This document shows, piece by piece, positions 28,517 to 35,636 of a stretch of 38,609 nucleotides of DNA (its first letter is position 1; every line of letters starts with the position of its first letter). Origin of the DNA: a virus. The stretch is taken from IMG/VR virus record IMGVR_UViG_3300027826_000003, positions 1 to 38,609 of that record, one strand, 5' to 3'. The notes under the pieces are model-generated. The model was not told the origin of the DNA, ran no database searches, and saw nothing but the letters and a program-made list of their open reading frames with translations. Both the position numbers and the translations under genes were made by a program.

Positions 28517-28605
28517 GACGAGCACTCGAGATACTCGAAGGCTTCGCCGTCATCGGCGGTTCGGCCGTCCTGTATGCATGGCTGCGGCGGCAGCGCCCAC
28601 GGTAA
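28513..28605 (+). CDS. Possible 30-aa hydrophobic peptide (weak call).
   Basis: GTG lies in a GTGA overlap with the RHH stop. The product is VRRALEILEGFAVIGGSAVLYAWLRRQRPR. GC3 is only moderate. Confidence 0.25.
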   Translation: MRRALEILEGFAVIGGSAVLYAWLRRQRPR

Positions 28606-28609
28606 CCGA

Positions 28610-28638
28610 TTGACGACGGCGAGAGCCGTCGATACCGT
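28610..28638 (+). promoter_or_regulatory. Sigma-70-like promoter with an inverted repeat filling the spacer.
   Basis: TTGACG (28610-28615), a 17-nt spacer, then TACCGT (28633-28638). The spacer holds CGACGGC-GAGA-GCCGTCG (28614..28631). Confidence 0.4.
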
Positions 28639-28738
28639 TTCGGATTGGGCCCGGCAGCCCTCTCCTTGCTTGTGCCGATCCTAGTCCGCGAGCCAGTGCC
28701 GGTAATGGCTCGTGGGCGTTACACCAGGTGACCGCGGA

Positions 28739-28786
28739 CCACTGACCAAGTTCTCCGCGTCGCCGCTGACTAAAGGCTAATGCGAC
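28739..28786 (+). repeat. 48-bp imperfect direct repeat, copy 1, in the leader of the 65-aa/Rep-like operon.
   Basis: The sequence is CCACTGACCAAGTTCTCCGCGTCGCCGCTGACTAAAGGCTAATGCGAC. It shares an exact 15-mer (CCACTGACCAAGTTC), AAAGGCT and GCGAC with 29945..29992. Confidence 0.75.
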
Positions 28787-28984
28787 ATGCGAGACCGAGA
28801 AGCGAGGCGTAGCGCTGATGCGCTGCGCAAGGGGCTCTGCGCGCCCACGTTCCGCACGCTCAGCGACGACCGTTGCCGCGAGTTATACCGTCAGTGGGAG
28901 TCGCGCGCTCGAGCCCGCGTGATCCGCGAACTGTCCAGGCTCGAGCAGATCGTCGACGAGATCCTCGCGGAAGGGGGTGACTGA
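28787..28984 (+). CDS. Small hypothetical helical protein.
   Basis: 65-aa ORF with a TGATG overlap to the downstream gene. Confidence 0.55.
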   Translation: MRDREARRSADALRKGLCAPTFRTLSDDRCRELYRQWESRARARVIRELSRLEQIVDEILAEGGD

Positions 28985-30036
28985 TGCGCACCCATCCCCG
29001 CGCCGGCATCGATGCCCGGCCGCACCAGCTCGAGCTCTCGTTCGACGGATCACTGACAGCGTCGGCCCGGCTGATCCTGCTCGGACTCGCCGCGGACGTC
29101 GACCGCTCGTCGCCGGTCGTGACGGCGACCGACCGCGAGCTGTCCGACCGGCACGGCGTCTCGGAGCGGACGATCCGCGGGGCGCTGGCCGCGGGCGAGC
29201 GAGCCGGGTGGGTCCGGCGCTACCAACGGCGGGACATGGCCGAGGCGGTTCCCGTGATCGCCCGCCGCGCCCCGCCCATGAGGGCGCGGCGGTATGTGGT
29301 GCTCCTCTGGCTGCTCGCGCCGGCTGAAGCGGCAAAAATGCGCCGGCAGCCGGTTGCCGGCCCGCGGCCTGCTTGCGGCGCCGATTTGCCGGCTCAGCCG
29401 GGGATTCCGGCACCGATTTGCCGCCCCCTCGCGTGCGCGCGGTCCGATTTCGAACAGAAGACGTACGAGGAATCTACGTACGTCCCCCCTCCGTCTCCCC
29501 CCCCGATTGAGCAGCCGCTATTCACCGGGCTTCCGCGGCCGGTGGCAGAGCGGCTTCGTCGGCAGCTCGAGGCGGCGGCCGAGCGGGAGGCCCGGGCCGA
29601 TTACGTGCCGCCCCCGGAGTTCTGGGAGCCGGCCGCCGCGGCTCCCACGCGCACGGTCCGCGTCCAGGTCGACGAGATGGTCGCGGCCTGCGTTGGCCCC
29701 GACGCGGAGGCCGGGATTGCCGCGCTATTGCTCTGGCTCGCCCGGGAGCTGCGGGACGATAAGCCGCTGAGCCGCGAGTGCTGGTCAAGGGGCGTGCGGC
29801 AGGCGCTATGCTCGGCCGAGGGGTTCGGCCGGCTGGTCGACCTGGTCGTCGAGGCCCGGCGGAAGCGCTACCCCTCGCGGTGGTTTTCTGCCTGCATGGC
29901 CGCGGAAGCCCGCGGCCAACCGGGAAAAAAACTGACCCCCGGGGCCACTGACCAAGTTCCCCCGGGGGCCAGCCAAAGGCTTCCTACGCGACGACTCGCT
30001 CCTAATCACAATCATACACGGGGGGTGAACCCGTGA
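28984..30036 (+). CDS. Winged-helix DNA-binding protein, a candidate replication initiator or regulator.
   Basis: 350 aa. The N-terminal wHTH is LTASARLILLGLAADVD...TDRELSDRHGVSERTIRGALAAGERAGWVRR. The last ~40 codons (GKKLTPGATDQVPPGASQRLPTRRLAPNHNHTRGVNP) look non-globular and overlap repeat copy 2. Confidence 0.6.
   Translation: MRTHPRAGIDARPHQLELSFDGSLTASARLILLGLAADVDRSSPVVTATDRELSDRHGVSERTIRGALAAGERAGWVRRYQRRDMAEAVPVIARRAPPMRARRYVVLLWLLAPAEAAKMRRQPVAGPRPACGADLPAQPGIPAPICRPLACARSDFEQKTYEESTYVPPPSPPPIEQPLFTGLPRPVAERLRRQLEAAAEREARADYVPPPEFWEPAAAAPTRTVRVQVDEMVAACVGPDAEAGIAALLLWLARELRDDKPLSRECWSRGVRQALCSAEGFGRLVDLVVEARRKRYPSRWFSACMAAEARGQPGKKLTPGATDQVPPGASQRLPTRRLAPNHNHTRGVNP
29945..29992 (+). 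repeat. 48-bp imperfect direct repeat, copy 2.
   Basis: The sequence is CCACTGACCAAGTTCCCCCGGGGGCCAGCCAAAGGCTTCCTACGCGAC. It is preceded by another ACTGACC and a CCCCGGGG palindrome, and lies about 100 bp from the attP core candidate. Confidence 0.75.
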
Positions 30037-30090
30037 TAACCGATCATCGAAGCGGCGTAGCGTCGGACCGCGCCTGCGACAGGACACGGA

Positions 30091-30142
<52 letters not shown>

Positions 30143-30162
30143 ATTTCAGGCCCCCAAGGGCA

Positions 30163-30205
30163 GGATAACCTTCGGTTACAACAACCGATGGTTATCCCCG
30201 TTTTT
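30163..30205 (+). terminator. Rho-independent terminator-like hairpin that copies the arms of the adjacent tRNA anticodon stem.
   Basis: GGATAACCTTCGGTT-ACAAC-AACCGATGGTTATCC forms 14 bp with one mismatch, followed by CCGTTTTT. 30167..30192 matches 30116..30141 at 20 of 26 positions, and all the differences fall in the central 6 nt. Confidence 0.55.
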
Positions 30206-30282
30206 CCCCGCAAAAACAAGGGTCGTTCGAAGCGCACAATTTCGGGGTTCCGCCCTTAACTCTTTTGACGAGGAGACAGGCA

Positions 30283-31227
30283 ATGCCGCCCGTCACCTTT
30301 GCGCGCTTCGAACGGGAGATCCTCGATCTGTACCGGCCGCCCCAACGGCGCAAGGCCACGCTCGCCAAGATGGCGAAGGTTCTCGACGAGATTCACGAGC
30401 TCGGCGTGCGCCGCACGTCCGACCTCACGCCAGGCACCATTGTGCGCTGGCTGGCCGCGCATGCCGAGCGCCGGCCGGCGACGAACCGGTCATATCTCGG
30501 CTCGCTCCGCGCGGCCGTCAACATCGGCCGGAAGCTCGGGTATCTCCGGGTGAGTCCGTGGGATGTCCGGTCCGACTGGATCCCGCTCGACGTCGAGGAC
30601 GACGCGGTACCGACCGTCCGGCGTCATCTCACGCTCGACGAGGTCGGCCTGGTGCTCGACCAGGCCGACGCCGAGGCGATCGCCGGGAGCTGGCCCGCGG
30701 GCCGGCTTCAGGCGCTGGTCTACACGTACGCGTTCACCGGTCTCCGGAAGGCCGAGGCGCTGGGGCTCCTCGTCGCCGACCTGAACCTCGCCGGCCGGTA
30801 TCTCGAGGTCCGCGGCCGGCGCAGCCGCCGGCTGAAGACCAGGTCCTCGCGCCGGAGGGTGGCAATCCATCCGGAGCTGGCCGTGATTCTCTCGCGCTGG
30901 ATCTCACGGACCGGTTCCGAATGGCTCTTTCCTACCCTCCGGCGCGAAGGCCCGTGGCTTCACGGCCCGAACGGCGGGAAAGCGCTCGACCAGGTCAAGG
31001 CGCTCTGCATGCGGTGCGGGATCGAGGGCGTGACGATCCAGGCGTTCCGCCGCTCGCTCGCGACGCACGCCCGGCGGTTCGGTCTCGGCCCGCTCGAGGT
31101 CCGCGATCTGCTCGGCCACACGAGCGAGCGTACCCAGGAGTGGTATCTCGAGGACGACCTCGAAGATCAGCGGGCCGCGGTCGGGAAGATCGCGTACCGT
31201 CCCGCCGCGTCCGCCGCCCGTCTCTGA
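30283..31227 (+). CDS. int: Tyrosine integrase.
   Basis: ATG 30283 follows GAGGAGA. The recombinase motifs are AFTGLRKAEALGL (Arg I), IQAFRRSLATH (box II Arg) and LLGHTSERTQEWYL (His and Tyr nucleophile). It is adjacent to the tRNA fragment. Confidence 0.9.
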   Translation: MPPVTFARFEREILDLYRPPQRRKATLAKMAKVLDEIHELGVRRTSDLTPGTIVRWLAAHAERRPATNRSYLGSLRAAVNIGRKLGYLRVSPWDVRSDWIPLDVEDDAVPTVRRHLTLDEVGLVLDQADAEAIAGSWPAGRLQALVYTYAFTGLRKAEALGLLVADLNLAGRYLEVRGRRSRRLKTRSSRRRVAIHPELAVILSRWISRTGSEWLFPTLRREGPWLHGPNGGKALDQVKALCMRCGIEGVTIQAFRRSLATHARRFGLGPLEVRDLLGHTSERTQEWYLEDDLEDQRAAVGKIAYRPAASAARL

Positions 31228-31247
31228 CGTGTCCTCTCCCCTGCCGG

Positions 31248-31484
31248 TCAGGCCGCGTCGGTGTCGACGCTCCCCTCGGCCGATCGGCGGCGGCGGCGGT
31301 CGTCGACCAGGTCCATCACGACCTCACTCGGGGTCGTGTGATCGGACACCGCCCAGCGCTCGAGCTGCTGCGCGTAGCTGTCGAGCAGCGTCACGCGGAG
31401 CGCTCGCCGGACGCCGACGCGCTTCGCGCGGCGGCGGACGTAGGCGACGGGCGCTTTCGCGGTCGGTCGCTTCGGCGCTGCCAT
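31248..31484 (-). CDS. RHH-like small DNA-binding protein, a candidate excisionase/RDF or regulator.
   Basis: ATG 31484 lies 8 nt after GGAGA. The product is MAAPKRPTAKAPVAYVRRRAKRVGVRRALRVTLLDSYAQQLERWAVSDHTTPSEVVMDLV... The longer 213-aa track ORF is implausible upstream of this Met. Confidence 0.5.
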   Translation of the reverse strand: MAAPKRPTAKAPVAYVRRRAKRVGVRRALRVTLLDSYAQQLERWAVSDHTTPSEVVMDLVDDRRRRRSAEGSVDTDAA

Positions 31485-31508
31485 GGTCGGGATCTCCGTG
31501 TCCTCATG

Positions 31509-31526
31509 TATCGCGAGTATCGCGAG
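31509..31526. promoter_or_regulatory. Tandem 9-bp operator-like repeat, TATCGCGAG x2, in a divergent intergenic region.
   Basis: tatcgcgagtatcgcgag. Each unit contains the palindrome TCGCGA. It lies between the divergent starts at 31484 (-) and 31569 (+). Confidence 0.6.
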
Positions 31527-31568
31527 CGTGGACGCTCGTAGGTTTATCGGCCGGCAGGGACGCGGGGC

Positions 31569-31868
31569 GTGAAAGGATGGCAAGTCGTGGGTTCGCTCCA
31601 GCTCCAGTCGAGGCAGCTCCAGGCCCGGTGCCTCGAGGTAATCCAGTCGTTTGCCGGGGCCGGTAAAACGCTCTCGGTCGGCAATCTCGAGTGTTTGCTC
31701 GGGACGAAGCCGGGCCGCGTCCGCAACGCGCTCGAGGCCCTCGAGCGCGACGCGTTGATCGCGATCGAGCCGTTTCCGGACGCTCAGAAGCACGAGCCGA
31801 AGAACCGGATAAAGCTCCTGACCGCAGCCGGAAAGGGGGTCGATCGTGAGCGTCGAAAGAGTTCCTGA
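31569..31868 (+). CDS. Winged-helix (MarR/LexA-N-like) small DNA-binding protein, first gene of the rightward operon.
   Basis: 99 aa with a GTG start. The DNA-binding segment is ..LSVGNLECLLGTKPGRVRNALEALERDALIAIEP.. Confidence 0.55.
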   Translation: MKGWQVVGSLQLQSRQLQARCLEVIQSFAGAGKTLSVGNLECLLGTKPGRVRNALEALERDALIAIEPFPDAQKHEPKNRIKLLTAAGKGVDRERRKSS

Positions 31869-32199
31869 CGCCGACGTCCGAGCAATCATTCTCGCGCGGG
31901 TCGCCGCGGCTGCGGTCGCCGGCGTGGCCGTCGACCTCGATGCGCTCGCCAGCTCGATACGGTGTGCCCGCGAGTGCCGGGTGCGGCGAATTATCGACGA
32001 GCTGGTCGCCGCCGGCGAGCTGCTCGTGCGCGACGAGCCGCCGGCGGCCCGGTGGCCGCACTGGACCGATGTCCTGCGCTACGCGCCGGGGCCGGCGGGG
32101 GCCGCGAGCTGGCCGGCGTGGACCGACGAGCTCCGGGTCGCGGTCGTAGCGCCGACGCGTGCCCGGGCCCGGCGACAACACGCGGAGGCCACACCGTGA
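31846..32199 (+). CDS. Hypothetical protein.
   Basis: 117 aa. GTG 31846 lies 6 nt after GGAAAGGGGG and overlaps the upstream gene by 23 nt. Confidence 0.5.
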   Translation: MSVERVPDADVRAIILARVAAAAVAGVAVDLDALASSIRCARECRVRRIIDELVAAGELLVRDEPPAARWPHWTDVLRYAPGPAGAASWPAWTDELRVAVVAPTRARARRQHAEATP

Positions 32200-32480
32200 A
32201 GCACTATCCGCCGATGATCTGCCCGGCATGCGGGGCGAACGTCTTCGCGGGCGTCGAGCAGGACGGCCGTGTCGACCTTCAGGCGACGGGCCGGATGCCG
32301 ATCTGCCGCGAGTGTGCCGAGCTCTGCCTCGTCGACCGAGGCCGGCTCCGGCCGCTCGATCGGGACGAGCTCGAGTCGCTCGAGCGGCGCGGGCTGCTCG
32401 AGGAGATCCGCACCGTCCAGCAATGCGTGATCGAGTCGAATCTCGGGCTCGATCCGCTCCTGCGACTGAGGCTCCGATGA
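32196..32480 (+). CDS. Zinc-ribbon protein (CxxC...CxxC).
   Basis: GTG lies in a GTGA overlap, 7 nt after GGAGG. The product begins VKHYPPMICPACGANVFAG...MPICRECAELCLV... It is the protein-like tail of a longer junk track ORF. Confidence 0.55.
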   Translation: MKHYPPMICPACGANVFAGVEQDGRVDLQATGRMPICRECAELCLVDRGRLRPLDRDELESLERRGLLEEIRTVQQCVIESNLGLDPLLRLRLR

Positions 32481-32686
32481 GCAGCCGCAAGGCGAAACCA
32501 AAACCGCCGGCCGACCCGGCCGTCGCACCGGCGCGGCGGGTGTGGGTGTTGATGCCCGGTGCGATGCCCGTCGAGCTCGGCCGCCGCCGGCGGTCGATCG
32601 ACGAGGTCGACGGGGCCACTCACTGGGCTTACGAGGGTGACCAGATGTGGCGGCCGATCGCCACGCTTTTTGCGAAGGGAGGATGA
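32477..32686 (+). CDS. Small hypothetical protein.
   Basis: ATGA overlap with the upstream stop. The product is MSSRKAKPKPPADPAVAPARRVWVLMPGAMPVELGRRRRSIDEVDGATHWAYEGDQMWRPIATLFAKGG. Confidence 0.5.
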   Translation: MSSRKAKPKPPADPAVAPARRVWVLMPGAMPVELGRRRRSIDEVDGATHWAYEGDQMWRPIATLFAKGG

Positions 32687-32689
32687 GCG

Positions 32690-32908
32690 TTGAAGATCAC
32701 GATTGAGTCGACGGACCGGATCACCAAGTTCAACGGCGCCGAGGTGCGCGTCTGGAACGGAACGACTGAGCAGGGTACGCCGTGCCTCGTCTTCGTCAAA
32801 GCGATTGCGGCCCTCGCTGCCTGCGACACTTCAGAGCTCGATCGTCAGCTCGAATCTGTGCCCGAACCATCCGAGGCGAGAGTTATTCCACTCAGGAATA
32901 TCCTTTGA
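32690..32908 (+). CDS. Small hypothetical protein.
   Basis: 72 aa. The TTG start lies 6 nt beyond GGAGGATGAGCG. The product begins MKITIESTDRITKFNGAEVRVWNGTTEQGTPCLVFVK... Confidence 0.5.
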   Translation: MKITIESTDRITKFNGAEVRVWNGTTEQGTPCLVFVKAIAALAACDTSELDRQLESVPEPSEARVIPLRNIL

Positions 32909-32915
32909 GGATCCC

Positions 32916-34814
32916 ATGAACGACGAACCAATGACGTCCGGCCGTCTCGCCGACGAGCTCAACGCGCTGGCGTTCACGCTCGCCAGGCTCACGATCAAAG
33001 CGCGGGGTCTGCGGATCCATCTCGCCCCGAACCCGGCTTTCGGGGTCTGCGTCGATCAGATCCGGAACTCGGCCTACATCGCGGCGGACCTTGCGGCCGG
33101 CGTGCGGATCGGGAGTATCGCCATCGCGCACGCCGACCCCGACTCGCCGGGCTCGCGTCCGCTCCTCGACGCGATCGAGTCGCGGTCCGAGCCGCCGTCC
33201 GCCGAGGCCCAGGCCGAGGCCGAGCCGGCGCCGAGGCGCCGGGGCCGCCGGCCCCGGGCCGCCGGGGCCGATCCCCCGGCGGCCAGCGCCGCCGAACCGC
33301 GGAACGGGCTCGTCGAGCTGCCGGCCGACCAGGCCGGCGACTGGCGCTCGGTCAGCGTTGCCGAGCTCGAGCTCGACCAGAAGGATATCCGCGCGATGCT
33401 TGAGAAGCTCGAGCTCCGGACGCTCGGCGAGCTGGCCGACTACTTGAAAAAGGATGGGTTCCGCGAACTGTGCTTCAACAAAACCGCGAGCGTGCGGTTT
33501 CACGACGCGCGAAAGGTGCTCGCCGCGCTATCCCTCTGGTGGATCGAGAATCGTAGCGGCCCCGTCCCCGTCAGCGAGGACAATCTGGCCGACCGCATCC
33601 GGAACGATTTACTGATCGACTGGCTCCGTCGGAGGCGCGTCGGCGACGTAGACGCGGCATGCGACCGATGGAGCGAGTTCGAGGTCCGTCTGACTGACGG
33701 CCGAACGGTGGACGTGGTCTATGATCCGGCAGACACGCGGTTAGCGCGGGGAGAAGCGATGGTGCGGCTTGAGTTCTACGGCCCCCTCACGTCGACCGGT
33801 TACCGGTCGCACCATGCTCGATATAGCGACTTGAAATCGGAGCCGCTAGTGAAAGTCGCGCAGGCAATCGCGCTCGAGGTGCACGCCGAGACCCTGAAGA
33901 AAGAAGCGAGTCAAGCGCGGTTTGAGAAGCGCGAAGCGAAGAAGAAGGCCGCTGAGACGAAACCGCCGGCTGCTGAGACGAAACCCGCGGCCGAGGCCCG
34001 GGTCGAGCAGCTCGCCGAGACGAAACCCGCCGCCGGCGACACGACCCGAACCTGGGAAGTTTTCGACTCGCGCCACAAGCTCGACGTCTTCGACGAGGGA
34101 CGCCCGGGGAAAAAGCTCGGCGAGGTCCCCGGCGCGAACATGACGCGCGCGGTGCTCGCCGCGGAGACGGCCTGGCCCGACGTCCCGAAACGCTCGCTCG
34201 AGCTGCGCGAGAAAGGCGCCCGTACCCGCCGCCCTCGCACTAAGCCGGCGGCGCCCACTCCCCCGCCGGCCGAGACGAATGGCGAAACGGTCGAGGCGGC
34301 GGCGTGCAACCGCTGCAACGAGGTACGGCCGTTGACGGTCGCCCGGTGCCCCCAGTGCCAGTCGCCCGAGTACCGGATCGTCGTAAAGCAACGATGGCAC
34401 GCGTACGACACGAGCAAGCGTCCGCACCGGGCGCTCGGCGAGGTCGAGGCGTTCACGGACGACTTCGCGCGATCCAAGGCGCGCGAGCAATGGCCCGACG
34501 TCCTTCCGGGGCATCTCGACCTGGTCCTGGTTTCGGATTCGAACTCGGCCGCCCCCGATCCCGAGCTCGCCGCCGCCCGCCGCGCCTGGGAAGCCGCGGA
34601 CGAGCAGGCGCAAGCCGAGCTCGAGCGCCGGCCCGCCGAACCCGATCCGGATCCCGATCCCGAACCCGACGGCGGAATCGACGTCGCCGCCGAGCTCGGC
34701 CGGACGCTCGATCGGCACGACCAGGCCGAGGCCGAGCGGCGCGAGCGGAAGCGAGCGCGCGACCGCGAGTACCAGGAGCGGCGGCGCCGGAGCCGTCAGG
34801 AGGCGCCGGCGTGA
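32916..34814 (+). CDS. 632-aa multidomain ORFan and the largest early protein. It contains an HhH-like segment, an AETKP repeat, an internal domain duplication and a zinc ribbon.
   Basis: ATG 32916 follows GAGGA. The HhH-like segment is ELELDQKDIRAMLEKLELRTLGELADYL. AETKP(P/A)A occurs three times. The zinc ribbon is CNRCNEV..CPQCQSP. Two similar ~45-aa segments end in WPDV. The C-terminus is an acidic (DP)n stretch followed by an Arg-rich tail. Confidence 0.7.
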   Translation: MNDEPMTSGRLADELNALAFTLARLTIKARGLRIHLAPNPAFGVCVDQIRNSAYIAADLAAGVRIGSIAIAHADPDSPGSRPLLDAIESRSEPPSAEAQAEAEPAPRRRGRRPRAAGADPPAASAAEPRNGLVELPADQAGDWRSVSVAELELDQKDIRAMLEKLELRTLGELADYLKKDGFRELCFNKTASVRFHDARKVLAALSLWWIENRSGPVPVSEDNLADRIRNDLLIDWLRRRRVGDVDAACDRWSEFEVRLTDGRTVDVVYDPADTRLARGEAMVRLEFYGPLTSTGYRSHHARYSDLKSEPLVKVAQAIALEVHAETLKKEASQARFEKREAKKKAAETKPPAAETKPAAEARVEQLAETKPAAGDTTRTWEVFDSRHKLDVFDEGRPGKKLGEVPGANMTRAVLAAETAWPDVPKRSLELREKGARTRRPRTKPAAPTPPPAETNGETVEAAACNRCNEVRPLTVARCPQCQSPEYRIVVKQRWHAYDTSKRPHRALGEVEAFTDDFARSKAREQWPDVLPGHLDLVLVSDSNSAAPDPELAAARRAWEAADEQAQAELERRPAEPDPDPDPEPDGGIDVAAELGRTLDRHDQAEAERRERKRARDREYQERRRRSRQEAPA

Positions 34815-35023
34815 TCACGACCATCGTGAAACTCTCGTGCGATAACTGCGGAGTGCAGTTTCGCGACGTGACCCTGATCGACGATCGGACCGCGCTTCGC
34901 CGCGACGGCGAGATGCTCCGCGAGTCGGCCCGCGCCGAAGGCTGGCGGTATCTCCGTCCATCGCTGACGAAGGGGCTAGGCGACTACTGCCGGAGCTGTA
35001 GCGAGATCGTCGCCGCCATGTGA
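34811..35023 (+). CDS. Zinc-ribbon protein (CxxC...CxxC).
   Basis: GTG lies in a GTGA overlap. The product is VITTIVKLSCDNCGVQFRDV...LGDYCRSCSEIVAAM. Confidence 0.55.
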   Translation: MITTIVKLSCDNCGVQFRDVTLIDDRTALRRDGEMLRESARAEGWRYLRPSLTKGLGDYCRSCSEIVAAM

Positions 35024-35247
35024 AAGGAGTGGGCCCATTGACACCCGACGTCTTACAGCTCTGGTCGATCGACCGCGGCCCGGCCGAGCACCGGTACACC
35101 GCGCAGATCGTGCTCATGATGTGGTCGGCGCTCGAGGAGATCGCGACCACGATCCCGACGACGCCGCGCGAAGCGCGCGCCGTCCGGATCGCGAGCGAGA
35201 CGATCGCGAAGCTCAATGCGCTGGCGGCCGAGCGGAGTGGGAAGTGA
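35020..35247 (+). CDS. Small hypothetical protein.
   Basis: High GC3. The likely start is the in-frame TTG 35038, 8 nt after AAAGGAG. The track start is GTG 35020. Confidence 0.55.
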   Translation: MKGVGPLTPDVLQLWSIDRGPAEHRYTAQIVLMMWSALEEIATTIPTTPREARAVRIASETIAKLNALAAERSGK

Positions 35248-35339
35248 GGCGGGTGTGTGCGGCGGTGTGGCGAGCGGTCGTCCGCGTCGTCGCGGCAATC
35301 GCGCTGGCCATCGCGCCCGATCACGATCTCGACGAGTGA
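35244..35339 (+). CDS. Possible 31-aa hydrophobic peptide.
   Basis: GTG lies in a GTGA overlap. The product is VRRVCAAVWRAVVRVVAAIALAIAPDHDLDE. Confidence 0.3.
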   Translation: MRRVCAAVWRAVVRVVAAIALAIAPDHDLDE

Positions 35340-35455
35340 CGCGGAAAAACCCGACCCCTGGGTCTATTCCCTGACCCTCAGGACCAAGAGTCGCGATTCC
35401 GTGGCCTGTCCGGGGCCGGGTGAACTGCGCTGTTCAACCGGGAGCATAACGAAAG

Positions 35456-35587
35456 ATGGGTAATATGGGAACACCGATGGTGGGTGACGTGGAAGAGCTC
35501 GTTGTGATGGGCGTTCTCGCGGTGGGCCTGCTCGCGTGGGGGGCCTTTCTCGTCGGGTGGTGGTGGCGCGCGTGGAGGCGGAAGTGA
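35456..35587 (+). CDS. Possible 43-aa single-pass membrane peptide.
   Basis: The product is MGNMGTPMVGDVEELVVMGVLAVGLLAWGAFLVGWWWRAWRRK. GGAG lies 11 nt upstream. It is not in the ORF track because it is shorter than 60 aa. Confidence 0.35.
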   Translation: MGNMGTPMVGDVEELVVMGVLAVGLLAWGAFLVGWWWRAWRRK

Positions 35588-35636
35588 TGTCCGACGTTCA
35601 CGGCTCGTTGCTGGTGGCGATCGATGTTCTGAGCGC

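Noticed and set aside
30163-30197. A second tRNA or tRNA fragment, suggested by an anticodon-arm-like hairpin with loop TGTTGTA.
   Set aside because: No T-arm, acceptor strand or variable loop follows it. The longer 14-bp stem plus T5 tract fits an intrinsic terminator better. I kept it only as a curiosity linked to attP.
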